DNA from: Pseudothermotoga sp.
Lineage (GTDB): Bacteria; Thermotogota; Thermotogae; Thermotogales; DSM-5069
Assembly (NCBI GenBank): GCA_041640575.1
Contig: JBEPZZ010000020.1
Span: forward strand, 1-28,506
Reading direction: 5' to 3'
DNA length: 28,506 nucleotides
Below the pieces are notes generated by a model. The model saw nothing but the letters and a program-made list of their open reading frames with translations, had not been told where the DNA came from and did no database searches. This document shows positions 1 to 8,263 of the stretch, piece by piece; the stretch's first letter is position 1, and the number at the start of each line of letters is the position of its first letter. The position numbers and the translations under genes were made by a program.

Positions 1-32
1 GATAAGATTTTTTCCTTCCTTTGTAACCACAT
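1..32 (-). CDS. Possible 5' end of a divergent gene running off the window (product unknown)
   Basis: On the - strand, purine-rich GAAGAGGG lies just before GTG (30-28, reading MVTKEGKNLI) or ATG (32-30, reading MWLQRKEKIL). Both frames stay open to the window edge, and a TAAAAT -10-like hexamer lies at about 52-47. Confidence 0.3.
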   Translation of the reverse strand, partial: MWLQRKEKIL

Positions 33-483
33 CCCTCTTCTAAACTATTTTACATTAATCATGCTAGTTTCAAATCTCTTGAGAACTAAGCTTACTGAAA
101 GACTTGAAAAGATGCATTTCTCAAAAAAACATCGTAAGAACAGAAAAATTGCTAGAAGTAACAAAATATAGCGATAAAGTTCCTCGCAAGAACTTTCGAA
201 AATCGACTACCAAGTATTGAATTTTCTATCCGCAGCAGAACCAAGTTTAACCGAAAAGTAAACTTTGCTATTTCAGCACAATGAGGACGTTAATTACGTA
301 GATCATCTAGTGAAACCAACATATTAACTAGCGTTCTTAGTTGCTTGCTTAAAATTATAAAGTTTGACTAAAACATTCCCACAATCTATTGCCTGTAGTT
401 TTCTCCACAGACCATTAAAGTTATACTGGTTAATTTGAAGTATTCCTCTATACTGCTTCTCAACCTTGGACAGTTATTTATCA

Positions 484-511
484 TTGACAATGTTTTACTT
501 TGTATTACAGT
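484..511 (+). promoter_or_regulatory. Putative sigma70 promoter for the plsY run
   Basis: Perfect TTGACA (484-489), a 16-nt spacer and TACAGT (506-511), about 70 nt upstream of the plsY start. Confidence 0.45.
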
Positions 512-582
512 CTAGTATAGGGCAATTTAACCACAGAAACTTCATATCCTCGATCGTGAACTCGTATGAAAGGATGATTAAG

Positions 583-1191
583 ATGTGGGCATTGATAATC
601 ATAGCTTTGCAATTTCTTTCGGGCTCAATAATGTACTCTCATCTAATAGCCAGGGCTCTAGGGGTCGAGTTGAACAAGGTGTGGGATGGAAATCCTGGTT
701 CCTCCAATCTTTGGAGGGCTAAAGGTTGGAAGTATGGCCTGACAGCTTTATTGCTTGATTATTCAAAAGGCACATTTCCGCTTTTTCTTTTTGTTCGCTT
801 CGAAATACTGACAAACTCTTATTTAATCTCTGCTGCTGCCCTTGCAGGAGTATTAGGTCACGCTTTCTCGCCGTGGCTAAAATTCAAAGGTGGAAAAGCC
901 ATAGCGACAAGCTTTGGTGCTTGGTCCGTCCTGACAAAGTGGGAAGGACCGGTTTTGCTGGGTAGCGTCTTCACCTTATTTTCCATTTTTAAGAAGAAAA
1001 CAAGCCCGCAAGATGATTCCTTTAGAGTAATGCTTGGTTTTATGGTCTTGTTCTTATATGTCTTGTACAAGTTTGTCACTGGCCAAAAGCATCTCCTGCC
1101 ATTTTACATCGCGAACCTGATGCTGATTTTGTACAAACATTGGAAAGATCTTGTTTCTTATTTCAAAAAATCTCTTAATCATGTCGAATAG
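583..1191 (+). CDS. plsY: Glycerol-3-phosphate acyltransferase PlsY family (202 aa)
   Basis: Motifs GNPGSSN, LLDYSKG, GHAFSPW and FKGGKAIAT, with several TM segments. Start moved from TTG 466 to ATG 583, which follows SD GAAAGGA. Confidence 0.9.
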   Translation: MWALIIIALQFLSGSIMYSHLIARALGVELNKVWDGNPGSSNLWRAKGWKYGLTALLLDYSKGTFPLFLFVRFEILTNSYLISAAALAGVLGHAFSPWLKFKGGKAIATSFGAWSVLTKWEGPVLLGSVFTLFSIFKKKTSPQDDSFRVMLGFMVLFLYVLYKFVTGQKHLLPFYIANLMLILYKHWKDLVSYFKKSLNHVE

Positions 1192-1205
1192 TTAAGAATA
1201 TAACT

Positions 1206-1211
1206 TATAAT
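1206..1211 (+). promoter_or_regulatory. Possible internal -10 element
   Basis: Perfect TATAAT in the short gap between plsY and the next gene, upstream of SD AAGGAG. No good -35 seen. Confidence 0.35.
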
Positions 1212-1233
1212 GTTTTACGTAAGGAGTGATCTG

Positions 1234-1461
1234 ATGGAGTATGACATATACGTAAAAATATCTAGCGAGGACGTCCATACACTTGGTTACATCATGGAAG
1301 TTGAGGATAATCTCGTGAATATGCGTAAGTACAAAGATGGTCTTCTAAGGATTTTGACAACCGATGGGCTGAAGGATGAAGTTCTTGATTTTCTCAACGA
1401 ATTGAAACACTTTATACCACTCGAGATTGTCGAAATTAGGGTGAACGATGGTGATATTTAG
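1234..1461 (+). CDS. Small conserved protein, DUF4911-like (75 aa)
   Basis: MEYDIYVKISSEDVHTLGYIMEVEDNLVNMR resembles the DUF4911 pattern (recalled, not searched). SD AAGGAG precedes ATG 1234. Confidence 0.7.
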   Translation: MEYDIYVKISSEDVHTLGYIMEVEDNLVNMRKYKDGLLRILTTDGLKDEVLDFLNELKHFIPLEIVEIRVNDGDI

Positions 1462-1924
1462 ACCAGACATGCTTGTTAAAAGCGTTGATGAAATCGATTT
1501 TGAGAAACTGATAGAGCAAGGGAAATCCTTTTTCATATTTGATTTTGATAACACACTTGGATATTGGCGTTCTTCGAAGATCGAGGACAAATTCGAAAAA
1601 ATCATTGAAAAGATTAAGTCTCTTGGTGGACAAATTCTGATAGCTTCAAATGGTAGAGAAAGAAACTTGTCCACAGACAGTGTAAGAATTCTTTGGAGGT
1701 CAAGGAAACCTTTTGTATACAAAATTAGGAAAATTCTAAAAGAACTAAAACTGAACAACACACAAGTTGTGGTGATAGGTGACCAAATCTTTACGGATAT
1801 CTTGGCTGGCAAGATTCTTGGAGCTTATACAATAAAAGTCACACCGTTGAGCAAGAAAGAATTTCTTGGAACCAAATTTCTCCGACTTGTGGAATGGATT
1901 ACGATGCCTCTTTGGAAAAGGTGA
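1448..1924 (+). CDS. yqeG: YqeG-family HAD IIIA phosphatase
   Basis: FDFDNTL motif I, SN motif II, RKP, and VVIGDQIFTD motif IV. Directly upstream of yqeH, as is conserved. Confidence 0.9.
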   Translation: MVIFRPDMLVKSVDEIDFEKLIEQGKSFFIFDFDNTLGYWRSSKIEDKFEKIIEKIKSLGGQILIASNGRERNLSTDSVRILWRSRKPFVYKIRKILKELKLNNTQVVVIGDQIFTDILAGKILGAYTIKVTPLSKKEFLGTKFLRLVEWITMPLWKR

Positions 1925-1928
1925 TGTG

Positions 1929-3074
1929 ATGAAATGTCCTGGATGTGGGATAGAACTTCAGCATGAAAATGAGTACCAAGCTGGCTATATTCCATTTGAT
2001 GTTTTTCAGCGCCGTCAGACCGAAAAAAAGGAAATACTCTGTCAAAGATGTTTTTGGCTCAAGCATTATCACAAAATCAAGCCAATAAGGCTAGATCAAG
2101 ACACACTGAGAACACTTGAAAAGGTGATGTCAGAAAGTGATTTGGTAGCCTTCGTCGTTGACATTTCAGACTTTGAAGGAAGTTTTGATGAAAGGATTCA
2201 AAAATTAGTTTCTAATAAAAAGACTATTCTCCTAGTGAATAAAATCGATTTGATTCCTAGAGTTGTGACTATAGAAGAAATGAAACAGTGGTTAAAAACA
2301 AGAATCGATCTTTCAAAATTTGAGAAATTATTTCTGCTAAGTGCAGAGAGAAATTATGGCCTAAAGAGTTTAAGTCGATATATTGAAAAGTTCAATCGAG
2401 TATGTTTTGTAGGAGTCACAAACGTTGGCAAATCCTCGATCTTTAATCGTCTTTCAGGTAAAAAAGCTACTGTAACGCCATTTCCGGGAACAACGCTTGA
2501 TATTCTTAATGCAAAATTGAGAGACTCACAAACAAAGATCGTTGACACACCGGGTTTAATAACGTATCGGCGATTGATGGATCTTCTTCAAACAGAATGT
2601 CAAGCAAAACTCTGGGCCGTTAGGAAACTAAGTAGGATGACTTTTAAACCAAATAGCAATTCTAGTCTTTTTATAGGGGGAATGTGTGTAATAGATTTCA
2701 ATTTTGATGGACTATTGAGACCGATCTTTCAAGTTTTTGCATCTGAGAAGATCAAATTTCATCTAACGAACTCATATAGGAAACAACAAATATGGATGAA
2801 ACATTATGGAAGAATGCTTGTTCCACCGTGTAATTCGGAAGAACCGCGAAGAGATAGTATTAATTGGGTACAGCACGAATTCGAACTGAATTTAGGAGAT
2901 GAACTCTCAATCGCCGGTCTAGGGTGGCTCAGCGTTCGACGTGGTCCATTTACTGTTAAGGTAACAGTTCCAGAAAATGTTACCATCACAAAAAGAATTG
3001 CTTTGGTTAATCCATACAAAAAAATAGAGCACAAGAGGAGGTATAAAAATGATAAGAAAGGAACCAGGTATTAA
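1929..3074 (+). CDS. yqeH: Ribosome biogenesis circularly permuted GTPase YqeH (381 aa)
   Basis: N-terminal Zn finger CPGCG...CQRC, then G4 NKID, G1 GVTNVGKSS, PGTT and G3 DTPG in permuted order. Start ATG 1929 after AAAGGTGA. Confidence 0.93.
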   Translation: MKCPGCGIELQHENEYQAGYIPFDVFQRRQTEKKEILCQRCFWLKHYHKIKPIRLDQDTLRTLEKVMSESDLVAFVVDISDFEGSFDERIQKLVSNKKTILLVNKIDLIPRVVTIEEMKQWLKTRIDLSKFEKLFLLSAERNYGLKSLSRYIEKFNRVCFVGVTNVGKSSIFNRLSGKKATVTPFPGTTLDILNAKLRDSQTKIVDTPGLITYRRLMDLLQTECQAKLWAVRKLSRMTFKPNSNSSLFIGGMCVIDFNFDGLLRPIFQVFASEKIKFHLTNSYRKQQIWMKHYGRMLVPPCNSEEPRRDSINWVQHEFELNLGDELSIAGLGWLSVRRGPFTVKVTVPENVTITKRIALVNPYKKIEHKRRYKNDKKGTRY

Positions 3075-3636
3075 TGTTGGTGTGAGTAACAGACATGTGC
3101 ACCTTTCCCAAAGTGATCTTGAAACACTTTTTGGAAAGGGCTATCAGCTCACAGAATTAAAACCATTAAGCCAGCCGGGGCAGTTTGCATGCAAAGAAGT
3201 GGTCACCATAGTTGGTCCAAAAGGTGCTATTGAAAATGTCAGAATCCTGGGGCCGGTCAGAAAAGACACACAAATTGAAATTTCGAGAACCGATGCTTTC
3301 AAACTTGGAATCAATGCACCTGTCAGAGAATCTGGAGACATTGAAGGAACACCTGGGTTGGTAATAATAGGTCCGAAAGGCGTTTTGACCATTCAAAAAG
3401 GTGTGATTGTGGCAAAAAGGCATATTCACATGCATCCCAAAGATGCTGAAATCTATGGTGTCAAAGATAAACAAATCGTGAAAGTGCTCGCGGAAAAACC
3501 TGAAAGAAAAGTCATTTTTGATGATGTTGTTGTTCGAGTGAGCGATAAGTTTGCTCTAGACTTTCATATTGATACTGATGAAGCTAATGCCGCAATGCTC
3601 AACAGCGGCGACTTGGTATGGATAGTGGAATTTTAG
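3049..3636 (+). CDS. pduL: Phosphate propanoyl/acetyltransferase PduL family
   Basis: VSNRHVHLS, LSQPGQFA, RILGPVR, RHIHM and HIDTDEANA motifs. SD GAGGAGG. Confidence 0.95.
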   Translation: MIRKEPGINVGVSNRHVHLSQSDLETLFGKGYQLTELKPLSQPGQFACKEVVTIVGPKGAIENVRILGPVRKDTQIEISRTDAFKLGINAPVRESGDIEGTPGLVIIGPKGVLTIQKGVIVAKRHIHMHPKDAEIYGVKDKQIVKVLAEKPERKVIFDDVVVRVSDKFALDFHIDTDEANAAMLNSGDLVWIVEF

Positions 3637-3818
3637 TCGAATATCAAGGAAAAAGTTATAGATACGAAAAGCCAAAAAGGGCGATAGAAATTTTGAAGGA
3701 TCTAAATTTGAATCCATTGGAGCATCTTGTGATTGTAGATGGAGAGATTTACACTGAAGACAGGGTTGTCAAGGAAGGTTCGAAGGCAGTAATAAAAAAG
3801 GTAACATCGGCTGGTTAA
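3618..3818 (+). CDS. ThiS/MoaD/TtuB-like beta-grasp small protein (66 aa)
   Basis: Pattern EILKDLNLNP..HLVIVDGE...D..VKEG with C-terminus VTSAG. Length fits the family, but the SD is weak. Confidence 0.7.
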   Translation: MDSGILVEYQGKSYRYEKPKRAIEILKDLNLNPLEHLVIVDGEIYTEDRVVKEGSKAVIKKVTSAG

Positions 3819-3856
3819 TTTTTTAATGGCTCCAAAAATTGTCTGGGGGTATGGAT

Positions 3857-5035
3857 ATGCTTAGTAAAGAGGTTTTAACCCTTAAAGACGAAGTAATTGA
3901 GCTTCGCAGGAATTTTCATGCGTACCCAGAAATTGGATTTGATCTCTACAAGACTTCTGAATTTGTGGCAGATTACCTTGAAAAGTTGGGGTTGGAAGTT
4001 AAGAGAAACGTTGCGAAAACTGGTGTGGTAGCAATTTTACGTGGTGCAAATCCTGGAAAAACTATCCTGCTAAGGGCGGACATGGACGCTCTTCCAATTC
4101 AAGAACTAAATGATGTTCCGTATAAATCCAAGATTAATGGTGCTATGCATGCTTGTGCTCATGATGCTCACACGGCGATGCTTCTTGTAGCTGCCAAAAT
4201 TCTCAAAACTTATCAACACGAAATGAATGGCACAGTGAAATTTGTTTTTCAGCCTTCGGAAGAAAGATTCCCGCCAGGCGGAGCATTACCCATGATTCAA
4301 GAGGGTGTTCTGGAAGATCCAAAAGTTGACTATGTCTTTGGTATACATCTTTGGAACGCTTTGGAATGTGGGAGAATCGGTGTTAGATCAGGACCTATGA
4401 TGGCCTCTGCGGATGAATTCAGGATCATTCTCAAGGGTAAAGGTGGTCATGGTGCCACACCGCACCTTTGCAAAGATCCAGTTGTTGGAGCCTGCAATCT
4501 TGTGATGACCTTGCAGACAATTGTAAGTAGAAAAGTTGATCCTTTGGACAGTGCTGTTGTCACAGTTGGAAAAATTGAATCTGGAACAGCATTTAACATT
4601 ATTCCTGAATATGCTGTTATGGAGGGAACGGTTAGAACACTCAAAGAAGAAACAAGGTTACTTGTGAAAAGTGAGATACAACTTTTGGCTGAGTTCATAG
4701 CCAAAGCTCATGGACTGGAAGCTGAACTTGATTACAAAGATGGCACACCTCCTTTGAAAAATGACGATAAGATGACGGAATATGTTGTAGAAGTTGCCAA
4801 AAGAGTAGTTGGATCTGAAAACGTTATCTTAGTACCGCCAACTATGGGGGGAGAGGATTTTTCGTTTTTCTTGCAAAAGATACCGGGATGCTTTTACTTG
4901 GTTGGGTCTGCAAATGAAAAGAAAGGTATAAATAAACCTCATCATTCTCCGTATTTTGACATAGACGAGGACTGCTTACCAATAGGTGTAGAAATGCATG
5001 TGCAGGTTGTGAGGAATTTGCTATGTTTATCGTAG
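3857..5035 (+). CDS. M20D amidohydrolase (392 aa)
   Basis: RADMDALP, MHACAHDAH, FQPSEE, GKGGHGA, GGEDF and HHSPYF motifs. Start ATG 3857 after GGGGGT. Confidence 0.93.
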   Translation: MLSKEVLTLKDEVIELRRNFHAYPEIGFDLYKTSEFVADYLEKLGLEVKRNVAKTGVVAILRGANPGKTILLRADMDALPIQELNDVPYKSKINGAMHACAHDAHTAMLLVAAKILKTYQHEMNGTVKFVFQPSEERFPPGGALPMIQEGVLEDPKVDYVFGIHLWNALECGRIGVRSGPMMASADEFRIILKGKGGHGATPHLCKDPVVGACNLVMTLQTIVSRKVDPLDSAVVTVGKIESGTAFNIIPEYAVMEGTVRTLKEETRLLVKSEIQLLAEFIAKAHGLEAELDYKDGTPPLKNDDKMTEYVVEVAKRVVGSENVILVPPTMGGEDFSFFLQKIPGCFYLVGSANEKKGINKPHHSPYFDIDEDCLPIGVEMHVQVVRNLLCLS

Positions 5036-5778
5036 CAATTAGTGTAAAAATCGCTGAAGCTTTAATCTTACCACCTGGTTTGTTCATCACTTTACTCATA
5101 ATGGCAAGCGTTAAACTGAACAGGTTAAACAGGGCGTTCTCACTGTTCTTATCAGTTGTAGCTATCTCTCTTTACATTATCTGTAGCGTGGTGGGCGTTT
5201 GGATTTTCGTGAGACCGCTTGAGAAAGGCTTTGCAAAAATTGAAGACTTTCATCCGGATGCCGTAGTTGTTTTCGGTGGAGGAGTAATAAAAACACCATA
5301 TGGTTATCAACTTGGGCCAAACACGATTTTTAGATTGCTTTCCGGAATTGAACTTTCACTCAAATATAACGTTCCTATTATAATCTCGGGTGGCAGCTTA
5401 CCCGGTACAAAAAAAGTTTCAGAAGCTATTATCATGAAGGATTTTGCCGAAAATTACCTGCCAGTAGAAATGATAATCTTGGAGCCCAAGGCGATGAATA
5501 CAAAACAAAACGCAGAGCACACAGTGGAAATAGCAAAAAAATATGGGTTCAAACGTCTTTATCTAGTTTCTTCAGCAGTACATTTAAAAAGGTCAATCTG
5601 GTCCTTCGGCCAGATTGACCTTGAGATCAAGTCATATCCAGCTAATTATCTTTATGACTACTCCACGAGTTGGATCGATTTTCTACCCAACAAAGATGCA
5701 CTAAACGCAAATCTTTCTGCTATTCATGAGCTTTTTGGCATCCTGTACTACAAATTACTCGACATTCTTAATCCTTAG
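5023..5778 (+). CDS. YdcF/ElyC (DUF218) family membrane protein
   Basis: Two N-terminal TMs, AVVVFGGG, IISGG, EA, NTKQNA, LVSSAVHLKR and HELFG. Confidence 0.88.
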   Translation: MFIVAISVKIAEALILPPGLFITLLIMASVKLNRLNRAFSLFLSVVAISLYIICSVVGVWIFVRPLEKGFAKIEDFHPDAVVVFGGGVIKTPYGYQLGPNTIFRLLSGIELSLKYNVPIIISGGSLPGTKKVSEAIIMKDFAENYLPVEMIILEPKAMNTKQNAEHTVEIAKKYGFKRLYLVSSAVHLKRSIWSFGQIDLEIKSYPANYLYDYSTSWIDFLPNKDALNANLSAIHELFGILYYKLLDILNP

Positions 5779-6146
5779 AAACTCGTTTCGACCATTATGC
5801 ACTTACCCATTGTGTACTGAATATCTCTGCTTTTGAGAAAATTTTCAATATCCTTCGATCCTGCGCCGGGTTGAAACCAAAATCTATTGAATCCAAGTTC
5901 CACCGCTTTTTGAACCTCTTGAAGGCCCTGGTCCGGCGGGATCACGAAAACCAAGAGTTCCACGTTCTTGGGTAATTCCTCTAGAGACTTCACACACTTC
6001 AAGCCTTCTATATCATCAGCGTTAACATTAACAGGATAGACTTCATAACCTTTTGTTAGAAGATCTCTAACTATCTTATTGCCATATTTCTCTCTGTTTC
6101 TACTTGCACCTATGACAGCTATTCTTTTGAAATTCTTGGGGTTCAT
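5775..6146 (-). CDS. CoA-binding protein (YccU-like, 123 aa)
   Basis: IAVIGASRNREKYG, VYPVN, WFQPG and CIM. Start moved to ATG 6146 after GGGGTGGTGA. Confidence 0.9.
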   Translation of the reverse strand: MNPKNFKRIAVIGASRNREKYGNKIVRDLLTKGYEVYPVNVNADDIEGLKCVKSLEELPKNVELLVFVIPPDQGLQEVQKAVELGFNRFWFQPGAGSKDIENFLKSRDIQYTMGKCIMVETSF

Positions 6147-6177
6147 CTTCACCACCCCTAATGCAATAATGTTCGTA

Positions 6178-7197
6178 CTACACTGAAACTGGTTTGAGAA
6201 GGCCAAACCTTTTCATTGCATTTTCAAGTACGTGCAGAATTAATTCTTCATAAGTAAAACCAGCTATTTCTGCTATTCTTGGCAGATCTGAGAATCCTCT
6301 CGCTAAACCAGGCAAAGGATTGATTTCCAAAAAGTAAGGATTACCATCTTCCTCTGAAACTCTCAAATCGATTCTTGCAAGATCTCTTATTTCAAGGGTT
6401 TCACAAACTCTTATGGCCATCCTTTTAAGCTTTTTCTCTAGAACTGCGTCGATTTTCGCCGGGCAAGTGTAGGTTACATACCGATCGGAATTCTTTTTCA
6501 CTTTGTAACTGTAAAATTCTGTTCCATGCTTAAAGTGAATCTCCATTATTGGAAGAACCCTGTATTTGTTGCCTTCTTGTAACACTCCTATTGTAAATTC
6601 TCTTCCTCTTATGAATTCTTCTACCAGCACGGGTTCATTGTAAATAGAGAATAACCTCTCAATTTCCCTTTTGTACTCGTTCATATCGTGAACCAGACCG
6701 GTCTCGGAGATTCCCTTTGAAGACCCCTCTGCGTTGAGCTTAAGAATCAGCGGAAATCTCATATTCTTTTTAAGTTTTTCGTTCAGTGAACGAATGACTT
6801 GAAATCTTGGGGTTTTAACATCTTTAGAAAGCAACACCTGCTTTGTAAGAGCTTTGTCCAAGCATACAGCTAGCGTTGTGGCATCTGAACCAGTGTAGGG
6901 TATGTTGTAAAAGGATAAAATAGCAGGGACCTGAGCTTCACGGGCACGAGTATAAGTTCCTTCTGCAAAATTGTAAATAATGTCCACATTCTCCGAGAGC
7001 AGAGCTGGTATAAATTTTTCCGGAACAGCTTCCATCAAAACGACCTCATGCCCGCCACTTTCAATGGACCTTTTGATGTCCATTACTACTTCCATACTAT
7101 CGTATTCTGCTTCCCAGTCTTCGACATCTGGCCTGACTCCTTTAGGTACGTTGTAAGCTAATCCCACTTTCGTAAGAACCACCTCCATTTTGTTCAC
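6178..7197 (-). CDS. D-Ala-D-Ala ligase-like ATP-grasp enzyme (start uncertain: GTG 7197, ATG 7188 or ACG 7173)
   Basis: NFAEG, IPYTGS, CLDKALTK, EGSSKGI, VEEFIRGREFT, RIDLR and LEINPLPG. Confidence 0.85.
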   Translation of the reverse strand: MNKMEVVLTKVGLAYNVPKGVRPDVEDWEAEYDSMEVVMDIKRSIESGGHEVVLMEAVPEKFIPALLSENVDIIYNFAEGTYTRAREAQVPAILSFYNIPYTGSDATTLAVCLDKALTKQVLLSKDVKTPRFQVIRSLNEKLKKNMRFPLILKLNAEGSSKGISETGLVHDMNEYKREIERLFSIYNEPVLVEEFIRGREFTIGVLQEGNKYRVLPIMEIHFKHGTEFYSYKVKKNSDRYVTYTCPAKIDAVLEKKLKRMAIRVCETLEIRDLARIDLRVSEEDGNPYFLEINPLPGLARGFSDLPRIAEIAGFTYEELILHVLENAMKRFGLLKPVSV

Positions 7198-7257
7198 AAG
7201 AATTATCTCACCGTATGATGATCTTGAATATTTCAGTATTAGACAGATATTTTGTCA

Positions 7258-7267
7258 TTAACGTTAA
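7258..7267. promoter_or_regulatory. Palindrome TTAACGTTAA, candidate LacI-type operator
   Basis: Perfect 10-bp palindrome with a central CG, in the divergent region upstream of the nucleoside operon and just 5' of a TTGGCA -35-like hexamer (7283-7288). Confidence 0.35.
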
Positions 7268-7337
7268 CTTTCACTCAAATGCTTGGCATTATGAGCAAAA
7301 TGATGTGATATTATCTTCGACAGAAAGGAGGAAAACA

Positions 7338-8258
7338 ATGAAGATAATACTCGACTGTGATCCGGGCCATGATGATGCATTTGCCATGCTTCTTGCGGCT
7401 TCTTCAAAAGAAATTGAATTGCTTGGGATTACCACCGTTGTTGGTAATTCTTATTTGCACAATACAACACGTAACGCTAGAATTGTGCTAGATATGTTTG
7501 ACCTCGACCTCCCTGTTTTTCCAGGATGTGAAAGACCAATAATGAGAGATATTGTGACAGCCCCAGAGATTCATGGCAAGTCCGGTTTGGACGGTGCAGA
7601 ACTTCCGCCGCCTAAAAGAAGAATTGAGAAGCTGCATGCGGTTGATTTCATGGCTCAAACTTTGGAAAGATATGACGATGTGACAATCGTTGCTACTGGT
7701 CCCTTGACAAACCTAGCATTGCTTTTAGTTAAACATCCTTACGTCGCCAAGAGGATAGCTTCAATAGTTCTTATGGGTGGTGGAATTGCTTTTGGAAACA
7801 TCACCCCTGTTGCGGAATTCAACATTTTTGTTGACCCAGAGGCGGCAAAGATTGTTTTTGGTTCTGGCATTCCTATTGTTATGGCTCCTTTGGACCTGAC
7901 TCATCAGATAGTTGTGACCGAGAAAGAAATTGAACAAATGAGAAGTTTGGGCGACAGGTTCAATCTTCTTGCCGATCTTTTGGCTTTTTTCAAAGCCACC
8001 TACAAGAATATCTTTGGAATAGACGGTGTACCTTTACACGATCCAGCTACAATTATGTATCTGATAAGACCGGACATCTTCGTATCAAATGAATATTACG
8101 TCGACGTTGAAACCAAAGGTGAGCTCACTTGTGGGCAGACTGTTGTTGACATTTGGCGAAGGAGTGGTAAAGAACCCAACGTAAAAGTTTTGACCAAGGT
8201 AAGTCGCGAGAGATTCTTTGAGATCTTCTTTGAAAAAATATCCTCATTGAGGAGGTAG
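7338..8258 (+). CDS. Inosine-uridine preferring nucleoside hydrolase (Rih family, 306 aa)
   Basis: DCDPGHDDA, HGKSGL, GPLTN, AEFNIFVDPEAA and PLHDP. Start ATG 7338 after AAGGAGG. Confidence 0.95.
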   Translation: MKIILDCDPGHDDAFAMLLAASSKEIELLGITTVVGNSYLHNTTRNARIVLDMFDLDLPVFPGCERPIMRDIVTAPEIHGKSGLDGAELPPPKRRIEKLHAVDFMAQTLERYDDVTIVATGPLTNLALLLVKHPYVAKRIASIVLMGGGIAFGNITPVAEFNIFVDPEAAKIVFGSGIPIVMAPLDLTHQIVVTEKEIEQMRSLGDRFNLLADLLAFFKATYKNIFGIDGVPLHDPATIMYLIRPDIFVSNEYYVDVETKGELTCGQTVVDIWRRSGKEPNVKVLTKVSRERFFEIFFEKISSLRR

Positions 8259-8263
8259 GGAAC

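Noticed and set aside
1..12. GATAAGATTTTT is the reverse complement of 21191-21202
   Set aside because: A 12-bp AT-rich match at the window edge is compatible with chance and cannot be extended on the available side.
61..171. 36-aa basic ORF MLVSNLLRTKLTERLEKMHFSKKHRKNRKIARSNKI on the + strand
   Set aside because: No SD and no recognisable family. The Lys/Arg richness follows from the A-rich DNA.
466..582. N-terminal extension of plsY in the ORF track, and similar extensions at 1210, 1866, 3839, 6206, 7215 and 17447
   Set aside because: Better SD-linked starts lie downstream and match family N-termini.
7205..7280. CGTATGAT...GAATAT upstream of the nucleoside operon, faintly like a purine riboswitch
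   Set aside because: It lacks the GTTTCTAC, CCGTAAA and GACTA core elements and the P1-P3 pairings.
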